A stretch of DNA of 62,071 bases, counting the filler, from Chiloscyllium plagiosum (lineage: Eukaryota): assembly GCF_004010195.1 (NCBI RefSeq). It is 5 parts of one record of this genome, joined end to end, with 100 filler letters (N's around TTAATTAATTAA, not from the genome) between each part and the next. Parts side by side here need not be neighbours in the genome. Positions count along the whole stretch, not along the records: positions 25,362 to 39,655 come from NC_057717.1; positions 39,756 to 46,577 come from NC_057717.1; positions 46,678 to 52,741 come from NC_057717.1; positions 52,842 to 62,071 come from NC_057717.1; 1 more part is not named here. One strand, written 5' to 3'. Numbering within the stretch: the stretch's first letter is position 1; each line of letters opens with the position of its first letter. A model generated the notes under the pieces. That model saw only the letters and a program-made list of their open reading frames with translations. It ran no database searches and was not told the DNA's origin. Shown here piece by piece: positions 39,301 to 52,979 of this stretch. The position numbers and the translations under genes are program-made.

Positions 39301-39632
39301 ACCTTTGTTGTTTAATATTTAAGTATATTACCAGGAACTGAATGTACAAGGCATGATTAGAAAGTTTGCCATCTATGCAACCCATGAACATACCGCTAAT
39401 AGCAAGGAAAGTTATCAGAAGCCACAAAGAAATCTTGATAACGTGGGAAGTGTGCTGAGGTTTGGCAAATAAAATTCAATACAGAGCAGTGTGCGGTTTA
39501 ACACTTTGGAATTTCAACCAATGTTAGGACTTATACGGTCAATGGTAAAGTCCTGAGGATTGTTGTGGAACAGAGGGAATTCAGAGCATAAGTACGTAGT
39601 TCATTGAAAGTGGCATTGCAAGAAGGCAGGGT
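27359..39632 (+). repeat. Segmental duplication copy B (paralog of 5841-19145)
   Basis: Colinear with copy A apart from indels: extra 29726-31000; lacks about 8625-9243, 10113-10878, 12441-12672 and one 718-bp unit. Confidence 0.97.
36057..36945 (+). pseudogene. GPR139/GPR142-like GPCR pseudogene, duplicate of 15587-16474
   Basis: Same motifs (WFTVTFTFDRVVAVCCQKLK; LPFLLILLLNVLTIRH). Frameshift near 36140, TAG at 36456-36458, plus the shared TGA at 36774-36776 and the shared frameshift after it. Confidence 0.88.
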
Positions 39633-40094
39633 GGTGAAGAAGCATTTAGCATGCTNNNNNNNNNNNNNNNNNNNNNNNNNNNNNNNNNNNNNNNNNNNNT
39701 TAATTAATTAANNNNNNNNNNNNNNNNNNNNNNNNNNNNNNNNNNNNNNNNNNNNTGAGTGTGTGTTTGTGTGTATGTGTGTTGTTTTGAATTTGTGGGT
39801 GAAAGGTATCTCTTATGAAAGTTAAAAGCTAACAGTGTCGGCACCAAGTGTTCTCAAGAAGACAAAATGTAACATGTGCTCCAGGTACTGGAGACGTTGG
39901 TTCCCTGGAAATGGCAAAAAAAAAGAATTAATCCAATAAGTTAAATTATATCTGGAAAAATGCCAAATTCCAATCCAGTTTTTATTGAGTGTATTCACAA
40001 TCGTACAAGCCAATGACCTAATCCGATGATGCAGTCACCTGTGAAGCAGAATTTCGAAGGAGAAGAAAAGAAGGCACAGGAAGATCCAAATTTT

Positions 40095-40319
40095 AGAACC
40101 AAAAGCTGCCTGGTTTTGAGATAAGAAGTTTTGTTTTCGAACATAGAACATAGAACATAGAAAAGTACAGCACAGAACAGGCCCTTTAGACAACGAAACT
40201 GTGCCGAGAACCAAAAGCTGCCTGGTTTTGAGATAAGAAGTTTTGTTTTCGAACATAGAACATAGAACATAGTAAAGTACAGCACAGAACAGGCCCTTTA
40301 GACAACAAAACTGTGCCGA
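40095..40319. repeat. About 112-bp tandem duplication spanning a CR1 tail junction
   Basis: agaaccaaaagctgcc...aactgtgccg occurs twice; the paralog at about 26566-26680 has a single copy. Confidence 0.85.
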
Positions 40320-40539
40320 GTTTTAATCCTAATGTAAAATATAGTAACTTAACCTACGCACCCCTCAACTCACTGCTATCCATGTACATGTCAGACAGTC
40401 GCTGAAATGTCCCCAATTACTCTGCTTCCACCACCACAGCTGGCAACGCATTCCACGCATTCACTACTCTCTGCGTGAAGAACCTACCTCTGAAGTCCTC
40501 TTTAAACCTTACTCCTAATATCTTCAAATCCTAACATCG

Positions 40540-43500
40540 TGTAATCGTTCATTGGGAGATTTCTCAGACTAGAGACGGGAAGGTAAGAGATATTTTAGAG
40601 TAAGGACTTGTGAATAGTTGTTAGTTAATTATTCTCTGTTATATTTTAAGAAATAAAGTTGTTAATTTTTATTTTAAATACTACTTGGAAACTCGATGTT
40701 TTGCAGAATACCTCACGGGAGAAATCTTCTCTCTGTTGCTGGTTTTAAATTAAGCAAGAGGGTTACACAGTGTCGTAAGAGCTTTGGGAACTGGCGTCCG
40801 TGATTTGAAAAGGAGTAGTCAGATTTCAAGAGATTTGGAGTTACAAAAAATCCCAGCAGTTTTAAAAACATGCAGCTTAGTGTCCTTGATCTTGAAATTA
40901 ATGTAGGTGAGACTTTTTGTAACATTTTGGTGACTTGTGGTTGATTAAATTAAAAGTGAGAAATGGCTCTTAAAATTGGTAAAGAGGTTGTGGGATTTGA
41001 AGATGATTCCCAAATAAAGAGGTTGTGGGATTTGAAGATGATTCCCAAACCTGCCAAGGAACTTTACAAGAAAAGAAATAAGGACATACTTTCAGGAATG
41101 GCAAATAAGTTAAGTTTGGGTGTAACCAAGGACAAAAGTAAAGTTGAAATTGCAAAGGGGTTACTCAAACACTGAGATGTGTCAGGGAAACAGACAAGTA
41201 CATTAGAGGTAGAAAAACTTAAGTTACAACAGAGCCAAATGTTGTTCTAAGATAAACAATGTGTGTGTGAGAGAGATAGAGAGAGAAAGAGGTAAAAGAA
41301 GAGAGAAGGTTCTTTCCTGAGCAAAGAAACAGAGAAGAAAGAGATAGAGAAAGAGAGAGAGGAAAGGGAGAGAGAAAGAGAGAGAGGCGAAAATAAAGGG
41401 AGAGAAAGTTGTTAACTGAGCAAAAAGATAGAGAATTTGAACTTGAGAAGTTGGGACAGTAAAGAGGATGGAAATATTAAAGATAAGACAGTGATATCAA
41501 CAAATATATCAAAACTCTGCCACAATTTGATGAGAAAAATGGTAGCGTCTTCTTTCTTTCATTTGAAGGTTTGGTCAGGCAGATGGATTGGTCCGAGAAA
41601 TTATGGATGATCTTAGTTCAGACGAAAGTGGAAGGAAGAGCTAGGGAGGTGTTTGCCACATTGTCACATGAGGTATGAAGAGATTATGAAGAAGTTAAAC
41701 GGGCTATTTTAAGTGTTTATGAATTGGTATCAAAAACACACAGACAGCGGTTCTAAAAACATCAAGAAGGAGCTAGGTCAGACTTATGTGGAGTTCAGAA
41801 GAATTAGCATTGCTGTTTTGATCGATGGCTGTGGGCTTTGAAAGCAGATAAGACTTTAGAAAATCAAAAAGAGAATATTCGGCTGGGGAATTTAAAAACT
41901 CACTTTCAGAGAGGGAAATAATTCATGTGGCGGAACAGAAAGTTGGGAATTGAGAAGGGCAGCTGAATTAGCAGGTTGGTGCATAAGACAAGAATTTCGT
42001 CCTATAAGGAATGGAATTGAGAGAAGCGGAGGTCCGATACTTTGAAACGAAGAGTCGAGCGTACTGGTTTAATTTTACCACAGAATGAAGAAGTCTAATA
42101 TGGTGAACAGGCGGTGAATGGCCTCAGATGTTTTCAAGTAATGGCGGAGCGAATAAAATTACAGTACTGGTAGTTGCAGAAGGTCACTGGGGAAAGGTGT
42201 TTTCACTGCCAGAAGGTGGAACACATAAAGAAAAAGTGCTGGTCGTTATAGAACGTTGCCTTTGGAAAAGATGTGCTAAAGGAAGCTAAGCCAGTGACAT
42301 TAGAGAAGTTAGAAAAAGAGAGCCCACAAAGAGTCAAGGAACTGCAGGAGAGTGCAGTGGTTGATTTGGAGGTAGTACCTGATCTCTGCAACGAATTTGC
42401 CTCTGTTGGTAAAGTTTATTCAGAAAGAACAGAGGCAGAATTACAAGAAGTTATAATTTTGAGGGGTGCGAGATCTAAGCGTTTGCTAATATTAACGGTG
42501 AGCGAATATGAACTCTTTCTGATCTGTTATCCGAGAGTGTGTTAATTTGTGGGATAGGTAGAAAGAAATTTAACGTTCTCCATTTAAGATCAGAAAGCAG
42601 TGCCAACTCAAGACTGGGGAGGTTACAGTAGGAGTGATTGACAGAGTGTCAGTTCCAGGAATTTAGTTTGTTCTTGGGAATGATTTGTCAGCATCCAAGG
42701 TGAGTGTAACGCCCCTTGTTGTGCACAAGCCCAGGGAAGACCAAAAAATTAGGAATTAAAACAGAAATATCCTGGTATTTTCCAAGACTGTGTGGTAACC
42801 ACATCGCACTATCATAAGTCACAGCACCATGCAAGAAGTAATGATAAAGATAAAGGAGTTGACTTTCAGTTAGCAGACATCCTATTTATCGCAATGGTGA
42901 AGGAAAACCCTGAACAGGCAGAGGGTCAGCCAGAAGTGATTAGTCCTGAAAGGCGAAGGGACTTGCAACAGCAAGATGAGATTATAAAACATATTAATGT
43001 GGATGCGTATTCTGGAAAAGAGGCAGAGTATAGCTTAGAGGGTTATTATCGGAAAAGTGGAATCCTGAGATGGAAATGGGGACAACAGCTGATTAGTGCA
43101 GAGGAGAAATGGGCCGAAGTGACCAGATTGTGTTGCTTGTAGCATACAACATGACGTGTTACGGGGAGCAAATGCGTTACCTGTGGAAGGTCAACTAGGG
43201 GTACGAAAGACACAGGCTATGACACAAAAATCACTTTTATTGTAATGGACTGCAGAAGGATGTGGTTAAGTTTTGCCGTGAGGCTAATACCTGCCAATTT
43301 TTGTAAGCCACAGGCGGTAATAAAACCAGCATCGTTGTTGCCAGTTTCTGATTTTGAAGAACGTTTGACACGGGTTATTATTGATTGTATAGATCCCCTA
43401 TGGTGAACTGCAAGTGGGAATCAGTACTCGTCAACCGTAACTGATGTGTTTACCAGATTTCCTGAGAGAATTCCATGACGGAGTATCAAAGCAACAAAGG

Positions 43501-44560
43501 TATGGCTCACGATGTATGGGCTACCCAAAGAGATTCAGTGGGACCAAGGATCAAGATTTATTGCTGGACTGTTCAAGGATGTTATGAACAGCTTAGGTAT
43601 CCAGCACTTTAATCCAGTGCCTATCATCCTGAATCCCAGGGAGCTTTAGAAAGGTAGCATCAAACCTTGAAGATCATGTTGAGAGCATACTGTCAGGATT
43701 ACCCGAATGATTGGGTGGCAGGTATCCCATTTATATTGTTTGTCAGTGGAGATGCACTAAACTAATCTATTCCAGTTATTCCCTTTGAGAGACTATTTGG
43801 TCATGAAGTGGGAGGCCCTTTGCAATTAACTAAAGAAAATTAATGGGACCAATTTCTCACATTTACACTATATATCGTGGGTGAGGGAAAGATTAGATCG
43901 GATCGGTAAGTTAGTTCAAAAAAACGAAAAATGGCGAAGTACAGAATGAAAACATGTGGCAGGCAAAACCTCAGAGACTCGGATGTTTTGCCGATGGGAT
44001 AACGTGTTCGTCGTGTAGCCAGTAATTGGAGATCTCTTCACAGCCAGGTTTGCTGCTCTCTGTCAAACTAAGAAAACATTCAGTCAGTTGAAAGACTTAG
44101 CAAAGATGCCATATAGAAAAAGAAGCTAAGGAGTATGTTACATGAACGTGTTGATACCATTTTATACAAGAAAGGAAGAACAGGAGAAACAGGTATTAGT
44201 TACTGCCCCGAGGAGTGAGTAATCAAATCCAGATGATATGGACTTTGAGGTGCTTCAAAATGGACTAAAAAATGAAGAGATCCTTGAGGAATAGGGTAGG
44301 TTAATAAATTATCTGTCTCAGGAGCATAGAACGGAGTTGAATGATTTGTCACTACGGTACAAGAACACATGTTAGAATCGAGTGGGGAGGACTAATGATA
44401 TTACATATGGCGTAGACGTACGAAATCCTGCTCAAAGAAAACAACACCCCTATCGGCTTTATCCGTCCAAAACCTGAAAGGTCCAGAAGGAGATGTTGGC
44501 CATATTCTATGAGGAGGTGCCGCTGTTGAGTAAAATCATGCCAGAGTCATTCTCGGATTT
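40540..44560 (+). mobile_element. Decayed Gmr1-like Gypsy retrotransposon (partial 5' LTR, PBS remnant, gag, protease region, integrase, start of RT)
   Basis: AATAAA at about 40652 and LTR end/PBS-like gtcgtaaga...tgggaactggcgtccgtgat at about 40772-40805. gag from ATG 40963 with LPQFDEK..FFLSFE..W...GRAREVF..DYEEVKRAIL. CCHC knuckle CFHCQKVEH..C at about 42200. Integrase GQLGVRKT, IIDC and AYHPESQGALER at 43190-43660, followed by RT-start DVRNPAQRKQHPYRL at about 44415-44460. Confidence 0.88.
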
Positions 44561-46677
44561 TCAAGCTGTGACCAGAAAGACCATTGCTTAGGAACCCATT
44601 ATTCACAATGATTTCGATGTGTGCTCCCTTTGTACTATTACCACATTTATAGATGACATGAAACGTAATGGGATTGCAAGCATTATGGAAGCTGAAAAGA
44701 GGCTTCAGGTGAATTTTAATAGACTGAGTGAATAGCAAGGGCATGAGAGTTGGAAAAGAATATGAATAAGTATGAGGTTCTCCCCTTTGAGTGGAGGCCT
44801 AAAATTCAGAGCATTTATGAAACACTCGATGTTAGAAATTGCTCAGGTCCAAAAGGACGAAGGCATTCATGTTAACAAGACATCAAAAGTTCGCACGAAA
44901 GTGCAGAATGCAATTCAAGAGGCAATTCTTATATAAGGTATTGAGCTTCCTTCATGTAGCAGCGAATGCACCTGCAGTATTGTGTGGACTTATGGTCCTC
45001 TGGCGTGAGGAAGGATATATTTGGCGAAGAGCAATTACAGGGAATTTTATTAATCTGATGGCTGCGTTGGTGGGACCGTCTTGTAAATGAGAGATTAAGG
45101 AGACTGGGCATGTTTTCTCAGGAGATTAGGAGAATGAAAAATGTTCGTAGGAAGTTAGAACATTCTTCAAGGGATAAAGGGAGTAGATTTCGAAAGTATC
45201 CTCTCCCTAAAAGACATAAGTCAGGTATTTAATAATATAAAGTCCAACTTGCTTGGATGATCAATTCAAAAACTTTACATCTGACAAGTCAAAATCAGCA
45301 TGCCATGTTGCATCCCGTCTACTATCAGCAAAATTCACTCCGTTCGCAACCAATGCCCATTCGCAGCAGTGTGTTCCATTGATAAGAATCAGTACAATAA
45401 CCAGAGACAGCACCTTCTAAACCTGCTAACATTTTCATCGGTGAAGGACGATGCATCGGAGACATGAAACCACGTGTAAACTTCCCTCCAAGTCACACAC
45501 CACGAAGACTTGGAACGAGATTCAGTTAAATTACATATACTTGGAATTGGTGAGAGTGAGCAGTCCTCATGAGGAATCTATTTTCTTGAGAGGTACACAA
45601 GGAATATATAAGCCACCTGAAGGGCCAGCCTTTTCCAAACGGTCACTTGATTTCCTCATTCTACTCAGCCCTTAGCCTGTTGCCTCTTCTCATGTGGTTT
45701 TGTTGCTCGAGTTCAGGAACCATTTCTTCCAGGACGAAAACGATTTTTCAAAGGATTTCATGAAAATGTCTGTGTTCGTTCCCACTGTTTTTGAACGTAT
45801 CGAATTTTCTCTCTTGTTCAAATATTGATAGTGTTGCATCTTCCAAAATGATAATGTTATGTAATAAAAATAATTGAAGGGATGTTCAAAGCATTACTTT
45901 ACCTGTTAAAATTACTTCATGTTAATGCAACTACTATTAGCTATTTTGAAACATTTCCCACATGTCGCAATTAACACGCGACATCAGATGTAAGAAAGGC
46001 ATTGAAATCAAGTGAGTCGCGCTCCCACATGCATGGAGCATACTGTCTGATCTCAGAGACATACAGCATGGAAAGTGGCCTATCCAATCTGACCAGGATA
46101 AATAAACTGAAGTACTGTAGTTCCATATGCCAATGTTTGCCCATATCCTTCAATCTTTTCTCTCCAAGTCCCTGCCCAAATATCTCATGGATATCGGAAT
46201 TGCATCTACTTTCACCACTTCCTCTGGCAGTTCGTTCCATGAACGCACGACCCTCTCTCTGCTAAATATCCACCTCAGTTCCCTTTTAAATTTTTACCCT
46301 CATTTTGAAACTATACATATTGGTTTTCTTCACTACATATATTGGTTTTGGTTTATCCACACTCCTCCTGTTTTATGTACCTCAATAAGGTAAGACTTCA
46401 GCTTTCAACTTTCATGGTCTAAAATGCCCAGCGTATCAAGTTTCTATTGAAAACTTAAACCTCCGAGTCAATGTGAAATTATCCTGAATCGTTTTGCATC
46501 CTTGGAAATCAATAGCATCCTTTATATGGCAGGATGACATGAGTTGAGGTGTCGGAAGACTGGAGGTTGATTAACGTNNNNNNNNNNNNNNNNNNNNNNN
46601 NNNNNNNNNNNNNNNNNNNNNTTAATTAATTAANNNNNNNNNNNNNNNNNNNNNNNNNNNNNNNNNNNNNNNNNNNN

Positions 46678-47445
46678 GTCAGAGTATTAAGTACAGGAGT
46701 TGGGAAGTCATGTTGCGGCTGTACAGGGCATTGATTAGGCCTCTGTTGGAATATTTTGTGCAGTTCTGTTCTTCTTCCTATCGGAAAGATGCTGTGAAAC
46801 TTGAAAGCGTTCAGAAAAGATTAACAACGCTGTTGCCAGGGTTGTAGGATTTGAGCTGTAGGGAGAGGCTGAACAGACTGGGGCTGTTTTCCTTGGAGCG
46901 TTGGAGTTTGATGGCTGACCATATAGAGGTTTACAATATTATGAGGGGCATGGATAGTGTAAATAGTCAAAGTCAATTCCTTTGTGTCGGGATGTCTAGA
47001 ATTAGAGCGAATAGGTTTAGGGTGAGAGGGGAAAGATATAAAAGAGACCTAAGCGGCACATTTTTCACACAGACAGTGGTACGTGTATGGAATGAGCTGC
47101 CAGAGGAAGTGGTGGAGGTTGGTACAATTGTAAAATTTAAAAGACATTTTGATGGGTGTACGAACAGGAAGGGTTTGGTGGGATGTGGGCCGGGTGTTAG
47201 CAGGTGGGACTAGATTGGGTTCGGATATATGTTTGGCAGGGACGGGCTGGACTAAAGAAGTGGTGGAGGCTGGTACAATTGTAAAATTTAAAAGACATTT
47301 TGATGGGTGTACGAACAGGAAGGGTTTGGTGGGATGTGGGCCGGGTGTTAGCAGGTGGGACTAGATTGGGTTCGGATATATGTTTGGCAGGGACGGGTTA
47401 ACGAAAGTGTCTGTTTTCTTGCTGTACTTCTCTATGACTCTACTC
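46678..47445 (+). mobile_element. CR1 LINE 3' end with a 151-bp tandem duplication of the 3' region
   Basis: ORF 46851-47213 reads RERLNRLGLFSLE...FFTQTVVRVWNELPEEVV. Units start at 47106 and 47257. Confidence 0.88.
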
Positions 47446-47774
47446 CACATGTGGACTCACCATTGTCATTTCAAACTGCAGCATTACTTTCTCTACTCAA
47501 TGCAGTGAACAACGAAGGCAGCATGCCAAATGATTTCTTCAATACCAAATATACAACTTTGTAGGAACAATGTACCTGCAACCCAAGGTCTCTCCTTTAC
47601 ACTGGACCCCCAGGGTACTACCAATAAACATGTTAATTTTCTTCTGGTTTAAATGCGAGAGACAGTACCACTTTGTTGCAATAGTACTACTTGTGCAGCT
47701 GCAATGAAGCGACAGACATTAAACTGCACGTGACATCGGATGGAAATTGGTTTCCCAAGTCTTACACTATTTGA

Positions 47775-50288
47775 TCATAGACCACAGAACAATACAACAC
47801 AGGAATGGGAACTTCGGCCCACAATGTACGAAACATGATGTCAAATTAAATACCTTTCTCTACCTCCCTTGGTCCATATTCGTTCATTCTTTGCATATTT
47901 GTCTGCTTAATATACAGTACCTACTCCACCACTATGCCTGTCAACGCATTACAAACTCGTATCATTCTGGTGAAAACAGAACTTGCTCTTCACATCTGCT
48001 ATGTAATTTCACTTCTCACAGTAAATGCATGTTAGCTCGGATTAAAAGGTTCTGATCGTCAACCCCATCCATGCATCTCATAATGTTATAGATTCTATCG
48101 AGTCTCGCCTCAGACTCTACTGCTCCAGCTAAAAAAAAAACAACGTTTTTCAAGTCTCTCCTTACAGCTCATACCCTATAATTCAGGGAGCATCCTGGTA
48201 AGCCTTTTCTGCACCCTCCTTCAAGCATTGACATCCTTCGTGAATTGTGACAAAAAGAATGAACATCATACTCTATACGTGGCCGAACTAAAGTCTCGAA
48301 GTTGCCACATTATATCCTGAAGCAAGTAATCACTTCCTCGGTCAACATTGACCAGCATACCATATTCCTTCTTAACACCCTGTCTACTTGCGTGGCCATT
48401 TTCAGAAATCAATTGATCCCTCTGTACATTATTTTTTTCAGGATCCTGTAATTAATTGTATAACGTTCCTTAACATTTGGTTTCCCAAAGTGCAGCATTT
48501 CACGATTACCAGATTAAGCTGTCTGCCATTTCTGTATTCATAACTGTAGCTGATCTACATCCCACTTTATCCTATGATAAACGTCGATGCAAACCGCAGC
48601 TTCACTGATCTCTATGCCGTCTGCAAACTTACTAATGCACACACATATTCATCCAAATTATTGATATGTATCAGCAAAAGCAGATATCACAAAACCATTC
48701 CTGCATAACACCAATAGGTATGGTCTTCCATCCAGAAAACCATTCGTCCACCTCTAAACTCTGCCTTCTATGGGCAAGCCAGATTGGAATCAAAGCAGCC
48801 AAATCATACTGGATGCCATGCAGCTTATTTTTCTGGATGAGGCTACCATGAGGGATCTTGTCGAAAGACTTGCTTTAATCCATTAGACAAGATTCACGCA
48901 TCAACCCTCATCGATCAACCTTGCCACCTCGTCGAAGAATTCAATCAAGTTAGTAAGACATGACTTGCCACATACAAAACCATGCTAACTCTCTCTAATT
49001 AGGCAAAGTTTTTCCAAATATACTTAGATTCTTTCTCCAAGATATCTGTCCAACAGCTTCCAAACACGGATAACAGGCTTGTTGGTCTGTAGCTTCCTGT
49101 ATTATCACTGTTCCTTTCTTGGACAGATGAACAGCAATAGTTACTCGCCAGTGGCTGGTGATACTAATTTTTTCTTATGCCCCAGTAATCTCCTTCCTTG
49201 TCTCTCCCAACATCCTCGTTCATATGCCTTCAGGCCCTGGGGTTTTACCCACCTTATTGCTTTTCAAGAGGCCTAACACCACTTCTTTCCTTATCTCAAA
49301 TTGAATTGGCACATTAGCATTTTCCACACTACTCTCGCTATCTTCCATATCTTTCTCCCTGCTGAATACCAGCATAGAGTATTCATTTAAGATCTGGTCT
49401 ACATCCTTTGCCTCCAAGCACAAGTTTCATTCCGTATCCATGATTGGTCCTATCGTCTCCGTAGTTACCCAGTTGCTTTTAAAGCATGCACAGAATGCCT
49501 TGTTATTCTCTTTAACCCGACTGGCCCCTTCTTGTTCTCCTGATGCAATGTTTGAGATTTTTCCTGTTTTCCTTCTGTTCCTCACTGACCCTACCCAATA
49601 TTAGCTTCCTAAAACTTAAATAAGCTTCATTTTTCCGTTACAACGAAATGCAGCACCTCCCTCATTTTCGAAGTAACCCTTAACATTACCAAACTTGTCC
49701 TTCCTCTTTTACCGTACATGCTGGCCGCAATTTCGACCACTTGGGACTTCCACTCCAATCTTTCCTTTGGCAACAAAGGTATACATTCACCATTCGTCTC
49801 TTTTTTTCAATCACTCAGTCTATGTTGTGTCTGTGTTACCAATGCCTCTTTTACCATGACCCATAACCTTTCTCACAAATCTGTTTTGTGGTACCTTCTG
49901 GGATTCTGTGGAAACCATATCAGTTTTATTGCTCTCGTCAAACCTTCTGGCAGCATGTTGGTCAAGCACAATTTTACCCTTGATTTTCGTAACTAAATCA
50001 TTTTTTCTCTACATGCCTACTAGCCTTATTACAAATAAAGTTTGACAGAAGCTTCCTAAGAGATAAACTAACAACGTTGTGAATACCAAGATTGACTTTA
50101 CAACTCTTTTGGCAAGAAGGCCATAACGTTGTCTCTTCTCGAGTCTCCTGGCAATTCCTCCAAGTCCATGGGAGACTGTATTGTTTTGGCCAGTGTCACC
50201 ACAAATCCTCATTTCACTTCACTCAAAATCCTTAGATGCATTTCTTCCGTCCTGCTAACTTCAAGTGCTTCGTTTTGGACAGGGACAT
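47775..50288 (-). mobile_element. Degenerate CR1 LINE ORF2 and 3' end
   Basis: ORF 49220-49423 reads ILNEY...VFSRE...KVGKTPGPEGI. RT-like segments toward 48000-49100 and a CR1 tail near 47780. Confidence 0.8.
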
Positions 50289-50788
50289 NNNNNNNNNNNN
50301 NNNNNNNNNNNNNNNNNNNNNNNNNNNNNNNNNNNNNNNNNNNNNNNNNNNNNNNNNNNNNNNNNNNNNNNNNNNNNNNNNNNNNNNNNNNNNNNNNNNN
50401 NNNNNNNNNNNNNNNNNNNNNNNNNNNNNNNNNNNNNNNNNNNNNNNNNNNNNNNNNNNNNNNNNNNNNNNNNNNNNNNNNNNNNNNNNNNNNNNNNNNN
50501 NNNNNNNNNNNNNNNNNNNNNNNNNNNNNNNNNNNNNNNNNNNNNNNNNNNNNNNNNNNNNNNNNNNNNNNNNNNNNNNNNNNNNNNNNNNNNNNNNNNN
50601 NNNNNNNNNNNNNNNNNNNNNNNNNNNNNNNNNNNNNNNNNNNNNNNNNNNNNNNNNNNNNNNNNNNNNNNNNNNNNNNNNNNNNNNNNNNNNNNNNNNN
50701 NNNNNNNNNNNNNNNNNNNNNNNNNNNNNNNNNNNNNNNNNNNNNNNNNNNNNNNNNNNNNNNNNNNNNNNNNNNNNNNNNNNNNNNN

Positions 50789-52741
50789 CATTCTGTACTG
50801 CGCCATTTTTCGTTTTTTTTTTAACTAACTTACCGATCCGATCTAATCTCTCCCTCACCCACGATATATAGTGTAAATGTGAGAAATTGTTCCCATTAAT
50901 TTTCTTTAATTAATTGCAAAGGGCCTCCCACTTCATGACCAAATAGTCTCTCAAAGGGAATAACTGGAATAGATTCGTTGAGTGCATCTCCACTGACAAA
51001 CAATATAAATGGGATACCTGCCACCCAATTATTCGGGTAATCCTGACAGTATGCTCTCAACATGATCTTCAAGGTTTGATGATACCTTTCTAAAGCTCCC
51101 TGGGATTCAGGATGATAGGCACTGGATTAAAGTGCTGGATACCTAAGCTGTCGATAACATCCTTGAACAGTCCAGCAATAAATCTTGATCCTTGGTCCCA
51201 CTGAATCTCTTTGGGTAGCCCATACCTCGTGAACCATTCCTTTGTTGCTTTGATACTCCGTCATGGAATTCTCTCAGGAAATCTGGTAAACACATCTGTT
51301 ACGGTTGACGAGTACTGCTTCCCACTTGCAGTTCACCATAGGGGATCCACACAATCAATAATAACCCGTGTCAATCATTCTTCAAAATCAGAAACTGGCA
51401 ACAACGATGATGGTTTTATTACCGCCTGTGGCTTACAAAAATTGGCAGGTATTAGCCTCACGGCAAAAATTAACCACATCCTTCTGCAGTCTATTCCAAT
51501 AAAAATAATTTTTGTGTCATAGCATGTGTCTTTCGTACCCCTCGGTGACCTTCCACAGGTAACTCATTTGCTACCCGTAACACGTCCTGTTGTATGCGAC
51601 AAGCAATACAATCTGGTGCACTTCGGCCTATTTCTCCTCTGCACTAATCAGCTGTTGTCCCCATTTCCATCTCAGGATTTCACTTTTCCGATAATAACCC
51701 TCTAAGCTATACTCTGCCTCTTTTCCAGAGTACGCATCCACATTAATATGTTTTATCATCTCATCTTGCTGTTGCAAGTCCCTTCGCCTTTCAGGACTAA
51801 TCACTTCTGGCTGACCCTCTGCATGTTCAGGGTTTTCCTTCACCATTGCGATAAATAGGATGTCTGCTAACTGAAAGTCAACTCCTTTATCTTTATCATG
51901 ACTTCTTGCGTCATGCTGTGACTTATGATAGTGCGATGTGGTTACCACACAGTCTGGGACAATACCAGGATATTTCTGTTTTAACTCCTAATTTTTGGTC
52001 TTCCCTGGGCTTGTGCACAACAAGGGGCGTTACTCTCACCTTGGTGGTGACAAATCATTCCCAAGAACAAATTAAATTCCTGGAACTGACACTCTGTCAA
52101 TCACTCCTACTGTAACCTCCCCAGTCTTGAGTTGGCACTGCTTTCTGATCTTAAATGGAGAACGTTAAATATCTTTCTATCTATCCCACAAATTACCACA
52201 TTCTCGGATAACAGATCAGAAAGAGTTCATATTCGCTCATCCGTTACTATTAGCAAACGCTTAGATCTCGCACCCCTCAAAATTATAATTGTAATTCTAA
52301 TTTCTTGTAATTCTCCCTCTGTTCTTTCTGAATAAACTTTACCAACAGAGGCAAATTCTTTGCAGAGATAAAGTACCAGCTCCAAATCAACCACTGCACT
52401 CTCCTGCAGTTCCTTGACTTTTTGTGGGCTCTCTTTTTCTAACTTCTCTAATGGCACTGGCTTAGCTTCCTTTAGCACATCCTTTCCAAAGGCAACTTTC
52501 TTTAACGACCAGCACTTTTTCTTTATGTGTTCTACCTTCTGGCAGTGAAAACACCTTTCCCCAGTGACCTTCTGTAACTACCAGTACTGTAATTTTATTC
52601 CCTCCGCCATTACTTGAAAACATCTGAGGCCTTTCACCGCCTGTTCACCATATTGGGCTTCTTCATTCTGTGGTAAAATTAAACCAGTACGCTCGACTCT
52701 TCGTTTCAAAGTATCGGACCTCCGCTTCTCTCAATTCCATT
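50789..52741 (-). mobile_element. Inverted paralogous copy of the Gypsy segment at about 42010-43948
   Basis: ORFs 51628-51948 and 52227-52478 are nearly identical to 42792-43142 and 42273-42545. Bounded by gaps on both sides. Confidence 0.92.
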
Positions 52742-52979
52742 NNNNNNNNNNNNNNNNNNNNNNNNNNNNNNNNNNNNNNNNNNNNTTAATTAATTAANNN
52801 NNNNNNNNNNNNNNNNNNNNNNNNNNNNNNNNNNNNNNNNNAAGAGTGCCACCAGCCGAGCCAGTAACCTATTCTATTCAAGCTGGAAATCAAATAGTTC
52901 ATGTACGAGCCTTGGTATGAACACCGAGCACTGAATGAATCTGATTGTTTCTCTTACAAAACACAAGGCAGCTGGTGCT

